Assembly: GCA_963718615.1 (NCBI GenBank)
Contig: OY970368.1
Coordinates: 288,001-352,000, forward strand
Source: an uncultured cyanobacterium
GTDB taxonomy: Bacteria; Cyanobacteriota; Cyanobacteriia; PCC-9006; JAAUQQ01
Direction: 5' to 3'
Length of the DNA: 64,000 nucleotides
The notes beneath the pieces were generated by a model. It was not told where the DNA came from, ran no database searches, and worked only from the letters and a program-made list of their open reading frames with translations. The translations under genes and the position numbers were made by a program. Positions 31,376 through 41,110 of this stretch are shown here, piece after piece. Numbering within the stretch: the first letter of the stretch is position 1; each line of letters starts with the position of its first letter.

Positions 31376-32819
31376 TCACGGTGGGGAATTCGAGTTTGGT
31401 GAGCAACTGAAAATGGAGTCTGAGCCTTGAGAGGGTGAGGGTTTTGGCCTCAATCTCTGGGAAGAGGTAGTCAGCGACCGCCGCTTCCTTGTTTTGGGTC
31501 GCCGCAATATAGAGGGCTTCGACCATGAGCACGGCGGCAGAATCAAGCTCAAAGCCAGCCTGGAGCTGTTTCCAGAGTTGGTGATAGCGCTCATTGGGCA
31601 GGAGGTCCTCTCGCCAGGTGCTGTGGAGGAAGGCCAAGGGCTTTTTGCGCAACCCTTCGATGACATGGTGATAGTCCACCGAGCGGGCGCGCCGCTTGTC
31701 CTTGTCAGTAGAACGAATCCGTTTCAACCTGAACACTTCATGGCCTTCGAGGTAGCCCATCAGGCGGTTGTGGTGCAGATGCACTTCCAGGGACCGGCCA
31801 ATTAAGCGAGACGGCACGCTGTAGAGCATGCAGCGGATATCAATCGTGCTGTTGCTGCTCACCTTGGCGGTGAGGAGTTCGTAGTCCGCAGCCCGGTATT
31901 TGGGCAACGCCTGGAGATGCGCTTTCTCATGCTCATACTTATCCTGATGCTGGGCATTGAGCTTGGCCACACAGTCATTGAGCAGGTCTTGATAGTCGCT
32001 GACGCTAGCGAAGTCGGTGCTGCCGCGCAGGTACATCGCTTGGACAATGCGGTTCTTCAGATGACCGTGGGGGCCTTCAATAGAACCGTTCTCGTGGGCG
32101 ATTCCCCGGTTGTTTCGCGTCGGTTGCAACCGATAGTGCTCACACAGGTCGTCATACAAGCGCGTCAGCGGTTTGGTCTTCTTCCCACCCAGATTTCGAT
32201 AGGCCGCACTCAGGCTATCGGTGCGATGCTGCTTTGGAGCCCCGCCGCAGGCAAACAGGGCATTCTGCAATCCTTCGGATAGGGCGACAAAGCTTTCACC
32301 CCCCTCGATTAACTCCGCGTAGGACCAGCCGCTGTAGCCCAAGCGGTAGTGATAAATCAAGTGCTCATAGGGCTTTCCATTTATCGTCACCACCGTCCCT
32401 TTGAGTTCGGTGAAGTCGGAAAATCCTTGCACCCCCGGCTCGTGACGCAGCTCAAACATCACCTCGGGAGCTGGACCATACAGTGCTTTCCAGGTTCTCA
32501 CTCGCCGCTGAAGCGTCCTGAGCACTTGCGGATATTGACCCGGATATTTGTCCTGCAAATGCTCAAATAACGTCGTCGGTTTCAGTCTTGGCTCAGCTCG
32601 CAGCATCGCCTCTAGTTCGGCTTCCCAAAGACCGTTGAGTGGATCTGGCCGGGTCCGCACCCCGGTGCCCTCTCCACTCCCCTGCTGCCACTCGTTGGCA
32701 TCCATTCGTTGCGCGGTTCGCACCGAAAATTCCGCCACCGCTGCCGCATCTTGCTGCGACAGGCCATGCTCCTTTGCATTCATGTACACTCGCTGTTGAT
32801 ACATTATTACTCTCGACAC
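31029..32819 (-). CDS. istA: IS21 transposase IstA
   Basis: RTRPDPL, RTLQRRV, SDFT, HRTDSLSAA, HENGSIE, YSVPSRLIG. Confidence 0.95.
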   Translation of the reverse strand: MSRVIMYQQRVYMNAKEHGLSQQDAAAVAEFSVRTAQRMDANEWQQGSGEGTGVRTRPDPLNGLWEAELEAMLRAEPRLKPTTLFEHLQDKYPGQYPQVLRTLQRRVRTWKALYGPAPEVMFELRHEPGVQGFSDFTELKGTVVTINGKPYEHLIYHYRLGYSGWSYAELIEGGESFVALSEGLQNALFACGGAPKQHRTDSLSAAYRNLGGKKTKPLTRLYDDLCEHYRLQPTRNNRGIAHENGSIEGPHGHLKNRIVQAMYLRGSTDFASVSDYQDLLNDCVAKLNAQHQDKYEHEKAHLQALPKYRAADYELLTAKVSSNSTIDIRCMLYSVPSRLIGRSLEVHLHHNRLMGYLEGHEVFRLKRIRSTDKDKRRARSVDYHHVIEGLRKKPLAFLHSTWREDLLPNERYHQLWKQLQAGFELDSAAVLMVEALYIAATQNKEAAVADYLFPEIEAKTLTLSRLRLHFQLLTKLEFPTVNVQQHDLNDYDALLFTHSSVIPDAEPELVSTGAEPLPKPQRSAQAPALIPYAQPLGDLGAASHARDLVLRAISLGPVPTRNRPPQGFAPPKSHHRSSTAQRQNGFQFRLDTPAPG

Positions 32820-33547
32820 TCGTTAGAGTCCTTTCTTTCCAGGGGGACCCTATGAGTGTCTTTTTTTGTCGATCGCCACGCCAGTGAGCTGTCAAAGTCT
32901 CACGTCTGTCTCACGATCCAAGCCACGCTTTCGCGACAACTCCCGCCAGGAAATGTCGAGCAGCCGCCAATGCTATTGTCGTCTAACAAGTCTCTTTCTC
33001 AACGAGGTGGAAGTCACTAAGCAAAAGGAGTTTGGCTCATTTAATGTGGCCAGTAAATGGAAGAAACGCTACCGGGGATTTGCACCCCATGAGCCTTGGT
33101 TTATTTTGACCAATCTAGAGACTCTAGATGAAGCGATAGGGGCGTACCAGAAAAGATTTGGCATTGAGGAGATGTTTCGAGACCTGAAGCTGGGTGGCTA
33201 CAGTTTGGAGAGCTGCCAGTTGTCTGGAGAGCGTTTAGTGGCGATGATATTGCTGATCGCCCTGGCCTATGTTGAGAGTCTCAAGCAGGGCCAACTTGCC
33301 AAGAGAAGGGGACTACAAAAGTATCTGGCTCGCCCAGAACGTGCAGCTCATGCTCAACGCCGTCACAGTGCATTTCATGTGGGTTTGTGTGCTTATCGTT
33401 GGAGTCCACTTTATCAGTTGTGTGAACCACTCATTATCGAGTTAATGAAACTTAGTCCAAACAAGCGGACTCATTACAAAAAAGGGCTCAGGGCTAGAGA
33501 GTTGACTCTATCTGCTTTCTAGCTTCTGCTGTCGCCCTTCCAGGGTA

Positions 33548-33901
33548 ATGACCCAATTCTCTCAGTTAACCCCATCTGTGGTAAACCTATCTCCTACAGA
33601 CCTAGCTCAAGCAGCCAATGCTCCCGTAATTATTGACGTACGGAGCGAGCTTGAGTATCTCACGGGCCACGCTTCAGGAGCACGGAACCTTAGTCTGCCC
33701 CGCATTCTGCTCGGCTTGGGTGTATCGCGCTGGTTTTTGCCACAGTGGTTTCGAGAACTTTCCCCCGATCAGCCCATTGCCGTTATCTGTTTGACCGCTC
33801 ACCGAAGTCCCATTGCAGCGAAACAGCTAACTAAGGCAGGGTTTACAACGGTCTATAACATTACTGGCGGCATGATAGAATGGCGGCGATTGGGGTTGTA
33901 G
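33548..33901 (+). CDS. Rhodanese-like domain protein
   Basis: IIDVRS..EY..GH, ICLTAHRS active-site loop, GGMIEW. Confidence 0.9.
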   Translation: MTQFSQLTPSVVNLSPTDLAQAANAPVIIDVRSELEYLTGHASGARNLSLPRILLGLGVSRWFLPQWFRELSPDQPIAVICLTAHRSPIAAKQLTKAGFTTVYNITGGMIEWRRLGL

Positions 33902-34012
33902 AGAGTGACATGCGTGAAATGTCTTTTGGGGACAGTCTGCCCTAGTGATAATTGTTGAGAATATTACTTTTTGTCATTGAAGTGATAACCTCTGTATTGT
34001 GGATCAAAGCTA

Positions 34013-34942
34013 ATGTTTATACCTCGTGGATTTGGCGAACGCTTTTTTGCGACAAGTCTAGGAAAAGTAGTTTATTATGCGCCTCAAGGAGAGCTATGGG
34101 GTGAACCTGAGTCAAAGGAAAAGTTGGTCTTTTTGCACGGTTTTGGCGGGGGCTCTTCTGCCTACGAATGGTCGAAGGTGTATCCAGCATTTGCCGCAGA
34201 ATATCAGGTCTTGGCACCCGATTTAATTGGCTGGGGGCGCTCCGATCATCCCGCCCGTAGGTACCAGGCTGAAGATTACATTGCGATGATCATAGAATTT
34301 ATGGAGCAGAGCTGTCAGGAGCCTAGTATTGTAATTGCCTCGGCTCTGACGGCAGCCTTTACGATTCGAGCGGCGATCGCCCGCCCTGACCTATTCAAGT
34401 CATTAATTGTTACCACCGCCGCTGGCTTGGCTGAGTTTGGTAACGACTATCGCCAGAGCGGGTTCGCCCAGTTTGCCCAGTCAGCCGATATCCCCTTTTT
34501 CAATCAACTGCTGTATGGTGCGGGGGTCGCCAACAGTTTTGGCATTCGCAGCTTCTTGGAGCAGCGTCAGTTTGCCGATGCATCGCGCGTCTATCCTGAA
34601 ATTGTTGAGGCCTATCTACAATCGGCTCAGCAACACAATGCCGAGTATGCGGCGCTCTCATTTGTGCGGGGAGATCTGTGCTTTGATCTATCCCAATACA
34701 TCACAGAACTAACAGTACCGACCGCTATCATTTGGGGCAAGGGGTCTGAGTTTACAGATCCCGAGATCGGTCGTCGGCTCGCTGCTATGAATCCTCGGGC
34801 CATCCGTCAGTTTTGCTATCTAGATGATGTGGGTTTTACGCCCCAATTGGAGCAACCGGCGGTGACGATCGGCCTGATTCGCAAGCTCTTGCCTTTATTG
34901 GCGCAGGGCTTGACCGACAACCCGGAGACAGAGACATCATGA
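34013..34942 (+). CDS. Alpha/beta fold hydrolase
   Basis: VFLHGFGGGSS.YEW, APDLIGWGRSDHP. Confidence 0.9.
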   Translation: MFIPRGFGERFFATSLGKVVYYAPQGELWGEPESKEKLVFLHGFGGGSSAYEWSKVYPAFAAEYQVLAPDLIGWGRSDHPARRYQAEDYIAMIIEFMEQSCQEPSIVIASALTAAFTIRAAIARPDLFKSLIVTTAAGLAEFGNDYRQSGFAQFAQSADIPFFNQLLYGAGVANSFGIRSFLEQRQFADASRVYPEIVEAYLQSAQQHNAEYAALSFVRGDLCFDLSQYITELTVPTAIIWGKGSEFTDPEIGRRLAAMNPRAIRQFCYLDDVGFTPQLEQPAVTIGLIRKLLPLLAQGLTDNPETETS

Positions 34943-34960
34943 TTAGCGCTGTAACGAACA

Positions 34961-35314
34961 GTGCATGTTGGCACAGCGGATATTCAACGCTCGTTGAAAC
35001 CCGGCGGCAAGTTTGTTTTTATGGAGCATGTTGCCGCGACCGATGGCACCTGTCGTCGCACCGTCCAGGATGGCATTACGCCGATTTGGAAGACAGTATT
35101 TGATCACTGCCATGCCAATCGCGAAACCTGGATAAACCTGGAAAAAGCAGGGTTTGCAACGCTAGACTACCAAACCTTTCGACTATCCATTCCAGTGGTT
35201 AGCCCCCATATTGCTGGAGTAGCAACCCGAGCATCAATTGACCTCAAGACTGAATTGATGCACCGCCAGAACAACTCTAGACAACCTATTTCGAGAGAGA
35301 GCCATGATATTTAA
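34961..35314 (+). pseudogene. C-terminal fragment of a class I SAM methyltransferase
   Basis: I.RSLKPGGKFVFMEHV...W....CH.NRET...LEKAGF. The N-terminal SAM-binding motif is absent. Confidence 0.7.
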
Positions 35315-35315
35315 T

Positions 35316-37203
35316 CCCGGATATCTCACCAGTGCCGAGGGATCGGGGTCACCAACCAGCGAGAATGTAATAACCCGGATATCTCACCAGTGCCGAGGGA
35401 TCGGGGTCACCAACCAGCGAGAATGTAATAACCACAAGACATTCAGCGGTTTGCAAAGATGGCCCCGACCCAAACAGAGTGTAACTTGCCAAGCTACGAG
35501 TTTGGACGCCTGAATCAACGCAAGATAGTAGCGAACTTTAGCGGTGGTGAGCTCAGCAGTGATGGAGGGCTGCTGCTAATTCGAGAAATCGACCAGCTAT
35601 ATCGAATCAGTGAGCGGCTGTCCGAGTGCTTTACGGATCACCGCGATGGCAGCCGGGTGCAACATGAATTGAAAACGCTGCTCGGGCAACGGCTTTATGG
35701 ATTGGTGCAAGGCTACGAGGACGTGAATGACCATGACGACCTTCGGCATGAGCGATTATTTGGGGTAGTTCTGGGTCAGTTAGAAAGCCAGCATCCGCGC
35801 TGTGCACCGTTAGCGGGCAAGAGCACCCTCAACCGATTGGAGCAAGCGATGCATGTCCCCCGCGACTTGTCAGATTCGCGCTACGTGAAACTGAGCCTGG
35901 ACCCGGCTGCCATCGAGGCGCTCTTGGTGGAGCTATTCATCGAACAACTCGAAGGTGAACCGAAACAAATCATCCTGGACATGGATGTCACCGATGACCC
36001 CACCCATGGCACCCAGGAAGGTTCAGCGTTCAATGGGTATTACCGCCATGACTGCTACACCCCGTTGCTCATCTTCAGTGGTCGCCATTTGTTGAGTGCA
36101 AAACTGCGACCGGCCAATGTGGACCCCGCAGCGGGAGCGTTAGAAGAACTCCAACGCATCGTGGCTCAGATTCGAGGTCATTGGCCGAAGGTGAAGATTC
36201 TGGTGCGCGGCGATAGTGCTTACAGCCGAGATGACATCATGCTGTGGTGTGAAGGTGAAGCCCAGGTGGACTTTGTTTTTGCCCACAGCAGCAATGAGCG
36301 CTTGCGCCAATTGACTTGGGGGTTAGAACAGCGAGCCAAAGCCGTTTATGAGGCCCAGCGCCAAACGGTTGCTGCCACCTTAGAACCTCTGTTAGAGCAG
36401 AGTGCAAGTGAACTAGAGGCTGAACTCAACCGCTTGGTTCCGCCCCAGGTTTGGCATCAGTCCTTGAGCTATGCCACGCTTAAATCCTGGAGCTGTGAGC
36501 GTCGCGTCATTTGCAAGCTCACCTACGATGGCAATGGCCCACGTCGCCATTTCGTTGTCACCTCTTTGACAGCACAGCAGGCCCATCCCGCTCACCTTCA
36601 CCGCGATTATTACTGTCCGCGAGGAGAGATGGAAAATCGCATCAAGGAGCATCAGCTTGACCTCTTCAGCGACCGCACCTCCACCCATGACTTTGAAAGC
36701 AATCAGCTCAGACTCTGGTTTTCATCCTTCGCCTATGTCTTGATGCAGGCCCTGCGCCTCAAGGCACTCGCCAAAACTGAACTCGCTGATGCGACTCTGG
36801 GCACCATTCGACGCAAGCTGCTCAAGCTTGGCGCACAGGTTCGCATCTCTGTCAGGCGCATTCTCGTCGCATTCACTTTCGCTTCGCCCATACAAACCCT
36901 CTTTGAAGCGGCAGCACAACAGTTGCGCAGACGACTCCCTAGGCCAGGATAGACCGATGAGTAGAACTCTAGCCTTTCGCTCCGACTTTAATTCAACGAC
37001 TCTCCAAGGGTGAGATTACACACCCTTGCTTTGACCTGCTCAAAATCTGCCTGAAGCCCCATATCTAGAGCACAATGACTACCTTTACAGCATAGACAGC
37101 CTGAAAGATGCCTCAGGCATCCTCTATTGCTCGAGTCAACAGACTGCTCATCTCATTTCGGGCAAGCCTGATACTCTCTATCCGCCCTGGTGAGAAATCC
37201 GGG
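35316..37203 (+). mobile_element. IS1380-family element, TSD TTAAT, left 58 bp tandemly duplicated
   Basis: IRs CCCGGATATCTCACCAG / CTGGTGAGAAATCCGGG. TTAAT at 35311-35315 and 37204-37208. 35316-35373 repeated at 35374-35431. Confidence 0.95.
35459..36952 (+). CDS. IS1380 family transposase
   Basis: FSGGELSSDGG, GYEDVND, LDMD.TDD, VRGDS, Y..RG.MENRIKE. Confidence 0.96.
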   Translation: MAPTQTECNLPSYEFGRLNQRKIVANFSGGELSSDGGLLLIREIDQLYRISERLSECFTDHRDGSRVQHELKTLLGQRLYGLVQGYEDVNDHDDLRHERLFGVVLGQLESQHPRCAPLAGKSTLNRLEQAMHVPRDLSDSRYVKLSLDPAAIEALLVELFIEQLEGEPKQIILDMDVTDDPTHGTQEGSAFNGYYRHDCYTPLLIFSGRHLLSAKLRPANVDPAAGALEELQRIVAQIRGHWPKVKILVRGDSAYSRDDIMLWCEGEAQVDFVFAHSSNERLRQLTWGLEQRAKAVYEAQRQTVAATLEPLLEQSASELEAELNRLVPPQVWHQSLSYATLKSWSCERRVICKLTYDGNGPRRHFVVTSLTAQQAHPAHLHRDYYCPRGEMENRIKEHQLDLFSDRTSTHDFESNQLRLWFSSFAYVLMQALRLKALAKTELADATLGTIRRKLLKLGAQVRISVRRILVAFTFASPIQTLFEAAAQQLRRRLPRPG

Positions 37204-37226
37204 TTAATCAGTCGCTGCGAGCCGTC

Positions 37227-37718
37227 ATGCTGGCTCTCGTCCTGGGGGGTTGTTTGTGGGTGGGGGTGGGGGCAAACTTGGCCATGGCAGTACCGTTTTC
37301 AGTGGCGGAATCAAGGGTTCACGATAGGGGACCAACCCTGTCTGAACCATCATTGGACCTAAAGGCCGAAGTCGATCGCGTTCTCACCGCCATTCCTACT
37401 GGCTTCTACAAGGTGGACGATGTGGCGGGGCTCAAACGCCTGCAATCTAACGCCCAGGCGCAGGTGGTTGATGTACGTGAACCGGCGGAGTACGGGGCAG
37501 GCCACATCCCTGGGGCGATCAACATCCCGCTGCGCACCCTGGCCCAGCACCTTGACCAGATCGAGGGCGATCGCCCGGTGGTGCTCTACTGCTCCTCGGG
37601 CTACCGCTCGGCCATGGGTGTCGTGATGCTGCATCTGCTGGGCTATGACAATGTGCAGGGGTTTCCCCCCAGTCTGGCGGGTTGGAAGGTGGCGGGGGAG
37701 GCGATCGCTAAACCCTAA
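37227..37718 (+). CDS. Exported rhodanese-like protein; original 5' end (ATG 35304) split off by IS1380
   Basis: DVREPAEY..GHIPGAINIP, YCSSGYRS. Removing the IS gives MIFNQSLRAVMLALVLGG... Confidence 0.88.
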   Translation: MLALVLGGCLWVGVGANLAMAVPFSVAESRVHDRGPTLSEPSLDLKAEVDRVLTAIPTGFYKVDDVAGLKRLQSNAQAQVVDVREPAEYGAGHIPGAINIPLRTLAQHLDQIEGDRPVVLYCSSGYRSAMGVVMLHLLGYDNVQGFPPSLAGWKVAGEAIAKP

Positions 37719-37829
37719 CGTTACAGAATTTGGCGCTTCCCCGTGGATAGAAGGTGCCCGTAGTGCAGGCATCCTACACGCACGGGCGAGAATCCGTCCT
37801 ATTGATATGAATCAATTCGGGTTACTGTA

Positions 37830-38282
37830 TCAACCTTTACTACTCACCCCATCGGTTGTTCGTCCAGCCATTTCGCTGGGGTGAATCTGGTAAAGCGCCA
37901 TTTCCTCCGCCCGGCCCCAGGCGTCGATCCAGGTGCGGTTAATGGCAGGCGACAGAGCTGGATTGTGTGTTTTGACAAATTCCATCACGCGATCAATAGC
38001 GCCCTGTTCAGTGATGTGCTCGGCCCGGCCTGTTATCGTAACGCTGCGCCAGTGCTGGAGATTGCTGACATCTTCAACCTGTAGGCCAACCTCTGGGTTG
38101 ACATCCATATACTTAGTTTTCATCCCCACTGTGGTGAAGATGTAAATAGCTGGCTCGTCAAAATAGTAGTGCATTGGCACAACGTAAGGATGCCCGTCAA
38201 GGGCGCAGCCCAGATGTCCATGCCCTACTTCTCTCAGCAGTTCATGTATCTCTTTTGTGTTCATCTCATCAATATCTAACAT
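37830..38282 (-). CDS. Pyridoxamine 5'-phosphate oxidase family (FMN split-barrel) protein
   Basis: GHLGC....PYVVPMHY, GMKT..M..NP.V.LQVE, WRSV...G.A. Confidence 0.88.
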   Translation of the reverse strand: MLDIDEMNTKEIHELLREVGHGHLGCALDGHPYVVPMHYYFDEPAIYIFTTVGMKTKYMDVNPEVGLQVEDVSNLQHWRSVTITGRAEHITEQGAIDRVMEFVKTHNPALSPAINRTWIDAWGRAEEMALYQIHPSEMAGRTTDGVSSKG

Positions 38283-38349
38283 AGCATTTCTCCCTAAATA
38301 TTAGGACACCCGTAATGTGTTAAAGGAAAATTACGCCCCACAGGTTGGG

Positions 38350-38700
38350 TCAATGATTGGAGTCAGTCACCCTTTCCGAAAGTGTCAGCAAAAAGGTGAG
38401 ATCTGTCATAGTGTTAAGTGAGTGGCGTGCGTTAGCCGGTATAAAGGCAAAGACCCCTAGTTCCAAAACAATTTCTTCGTTTTCTAGGGTCAGTACACCT
38501 TGCCCTTCAATGACATTCACGGTGGCATTGCGAGGATTAGTATGTTCTGAAATGGAGGTTGATGCCGCCAGAGACATCAGTGTATAGCGACAATTTTTAT
38601 CTTCTAGAAGAATCTTGCTCTTGGCTCCAGATTGAGGATACTCAATTACATTAGACCAATTAATTTGTGTTGCTTTCGGTGACAGTATAGCTGTGCTCAT
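38350..38700 (-). CDS. Cupin domain protein
   Basis: ISEHT...ATV.VIEG.G, PANARHSL. Confidence 0.9.
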   Translation of the reverse strand: MSTAILSPKATQINWSNVIEYPQSGAKSKILLEDKNCRYTLMSLAASTSISEHTNPRNATVNVIEGQGVLTLENEEIVLELGVFAFIPANARHSLNTMTDLTFLLTLSERVTDSNH

Positions 38701-38786
38701 GGAGTTGAACCTTTTATAGTAGGGAGATGGCTGTCATTGATGAAGATGCTCATAGATGAGCTTTTCCATCACCTCTTTTTTATCAG

Positions 38787-39290
38787 CTAGGGAAAAACAA
38801 TTTTTGAGATCGGCGCACGACCCAAGAAAATGTATGCAGCCGGTCGTAGCACACTTTCAGAGTAAAGAATCTTTTGCACGTCTAGGCTAGGCGCACGTTT
38901 AGCGGTGGCATTATAGGTTGCAATTTCTCCTGCCAGACTAAAGTCACTGTTAGTTAGGTAGTGATCATCATCGTGGATTGCCTGAAAAATAAAGTTATAG
39001 ATCGGATTAAGGCCTAGGGACGTATCGTAATTCTCCCCGGATACCCAAAGATGGCTTCTCTGAATATCAGCAAACATCTCTGGAACATTCTCATAACGCT
39101 CGTACCATGAAAACTCTATATTCAATGGAAGACTCTGGTACTCGCTCCAAAGCCAATCACAGAATTGAGCGATCGCTGCGTCGGAAATCTCGGCGGGGTT
39201 ACCTTCCAAGTAGATCCTTGCCAGGTGCTCGATTTTGGCTGCTGTTGTGGCTTGAGAATTTTGAAGCAAATTGTCTGTACTGGGCATCAT
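38787..39290 (-). CDS. Hypothetical protein with HDxxH...E putative metal-binding motif
   Basis: 167-aa ORF, FQAIHDDDH...FSLAGE. Confidence 0.75.
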   Translation of the reverse strand: MMPSTDNLLQNSQATTAAKIEHLARIYLEGNPAEISDAAIAQFCDWLWSEYQSLPLNIEFSWYERYENVPEMFADIQRSHLWVSGENYDTSLGLNPIYNFIFQAIHDDDHYLTNSDFSLAGEIATYNATAKRAPSLDVQKILYSESVLRPAAYIFLGRAPISKIVFP

Positions 39291-39530
39291 ATCGTGCCTT
39301 GCATAGACGACTCACCTTCATCCTGGCACGTCTTTTTAATTATGGCCGCTCCGAATTTAGATCTCATCCTTTTGGCTAGCTAAAATCTTACGTTTTACAT
39401 CATAGTTCATCAACTCGTTCAAGAGACCAAACACAGCCTTAGCATATAGTTAAGGAGATATTAGTTGTCGAGGTTAGTCACAACAGGTTAACAAGCTTTG
39501 TGCGAGCAAACCAAAGAAAGAGGAAAACCA

Positions 39531-39737
39531 GTGGCAACACAATATCAAGTAATCAGCGACTGGCTATGCCTGACGACCAGGCAAAAAGCTAGAAAAATTG
39601 AACGTCATCTAAATCGACTCTCTGCGGAAGGATGGGAGTTTGTCGCCCTCGATCCCGTAATGTTTTTTGGGAATGACGTTGGATTTTACCTGATCCTCAA
39701 GAGATCATTTTCAGAAAACCCTAATCAATCGCGTTAG
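39531..39737 (+). CDS. DUF4177-like small protein
   Basis: LNRLSAEGWEFV...LILKR motif. GTG start after AGGA. Confidence 0.7.
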   Translation: MATQYQVISDWLCLTTRQKARKIERHLNRLSAEGWEFVALDPVMFFGNDVGFYLILKRSFSENPNQSR

Positions 39738-39748
39738 GAGCATCGCTG

Positions 39749-40267
39749 ATGAAATATAAGATTGTATGTCTAGGATTATCGCTCTTCCTGTATGGCATAG
39801 CGCTTGCACTACCTTGTCTTTTGTTTAATGTGGTTCCTACAGAATCTGTGGGTGAGAGTCCCTCCAATCCTAGTGACGTTTATGCCATGAAGGGGATTGA
39901 ACTAACTTTCCTTGGCATCATTGGCTTACTTTTCCTGCAAATTCCCGCAATTGGTTGGCTCGCCAATCCAATCTATTGGTTGTGCTGCGTCATGTTTATG
40001 ATGCAACGTTATCGGTTTGCATCCATAGCTGGAATTGCCGCCATCTTCATTGGTTTTGGAGGAACATTTTCAGCATTTTGGTTCAACTTGCCTGCGGACA
40101 GCGGTGGCGTTTCTGAATTTGCTCTGAGTCAATTGTTGCTGGGTTTTTGGCTATGGCTAGCGGCTCCGGGCTTAATAGCCTTAGCTTCTTTTATCGGTCT
40201 GTTAAAACAGCCAACTCAATTGACCCATAGAAACGATCCAGAGAGGAGCCATAGATTAGAGCTATGA
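39749..40267 (+). CDS. Hypothetical multi-pass membrane protein
   Basis: Several hydrophobic helices, WLANP motif, GFWLWL. Confidence 0.8.
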   Translation: MKYKIVCLGLSLFLYGIALALPCLLFNVVPTESVGESPSNPSDVYAMKGIELTFLGIIGLLFLQIPAIGWLANPIYWLCCVMFMMQRYRFASIAGIAAIFIGFGGTFSAFWFNLPADSGGVSEFALSQLLLGFWLWLAAPGLIALASFIGLLKQPTQLTHRNDPERSHRLEL

Positions 40268-41037
40268 GACCTCAACAGCTTTCCCTCGATGCCTTTTGGG
40301 AGTCAGCCATATCTCAGAAGCGCGTATTCAGCCCTAATGACGTTGCTCATTTGCCAGAAGCCGTAAGGCGGTATCTCGAACATGCGATGGCAGAGCCTCT
40401 CCTGGGGAGTATCGCACCTGGTACCGTCCTCGCCTCAGCCGTACGCCTCAAAATGCATGGCGAAATCAAACTCAAGACCTGGATTCCCTTCACCGCAGAG
40501 CAAGTCGTCTGCTGGGATCGCGGCTTTATTTGGAGCGCCACCGCCTGGATGAACCGCTTACCCATTGTGGGATCAGATCGAATCATTGATGGCGTTGGGG
40601 CCATGCAGTGGAAGCTGTTGGGGCTATTTCCGGTGATGACTGGGAGCGGTGCTGATATTACCCGATCGGCGGCGGGGCGCTTCCACACCGAGTTAATGCT
40701 GTTGCCATCGGCACTTTGTCTGGGTGATGTGACCTGGAGTAGCCCAGAGGCATCGCACCTCCATGCCAGTTTTATGGCCCAAGCTGAACAGGCAGAACTC
40801 GACTTGACCATCGACCAGGCAGGTCGGCTCAAAACTGCGAAACTTCCGCGCTGGGGCAATCCAGACGGTGCGGAACATCGCTATGTGGATTTTGGGGCGA
40901 TTGTAGAAGAAGAAGGCACCTTCTGCGGCTACACGATTCCCACCCGTCTGCGGGTTGGGTGGTATTTTGGCACCGAGCGATTTGAGGCAGAAGGCGAGTT
41001 CTTCCGAGCCACCATTGATGATGCCATCTATCAGTAA
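40264..41037 (+). CDS. DUF6544/DUF6920-like conserved protein
   Basis: LPEAVRRYL, W.PF.AEQ, GFIWSA, GYTIPT....GW. Confidence 0.75.
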   Translation: MRPQQLSLDAFWESAISQKRVFSPNDVAHLPEAVRRYLEHAMAEPLLGSIAPGTVLASAVRLKMHGEIKLKTWIPFTAEQVVCWDRGFIWSATAWMNRLPIVGSDRIIDGVGAMQWKLLGLFPVMTGSGADITRSAAGRFHTELMLLPSALCLGDVTWSSPEASHLHASFMAQAEQAELDLTIDQAGRLKTAKLPRWGNPDGAEHRYVDFGAIVEEEGTFCGYTIPTRLRVGWYFGTERFEAEGEFFRATIDDAIYQ

Positions 41038-41110
41038 TAGTTTCTAGTTTCAAAAAGTCCGATTTGCGGAAATCCGGGTTGATTAAAAAGATGTAATAAC
41101 GAGGTCAGCG

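Larger units (their letters stand above)
30356..32988 (-). mobile_element. IS21-family element with 6-bp target duplication AGTCTC
   Basis: AGTCTC at 30350-30355 and 32989-32994. Removing the element restores the IS4 frame PGTSLFLNEVEVTK. Imperfect IRs with repeated GACAA motifs. Confidence 0.92.
29636..33543 (+). mobile_element. IS4-family element, transposase interrupted by IS21 and frameshifted at A7 (29903-29909)
   Basis: IRs CTGACGGGGCGACAG / CTGTCGCCCTTCCAG. DDE motifs AIDRT.W, GDREFCS and KRFGIEEMFRD.K in pieces 29745-30355 and 32989-33522. Confidence 0.92.

Noticed and set aside
35316-35431. Tandem 58-bp repeat as a possible CRISPR array
   Set aside because: Two directly abutting copies with no spacer; the sequence is the IS1380 left end.
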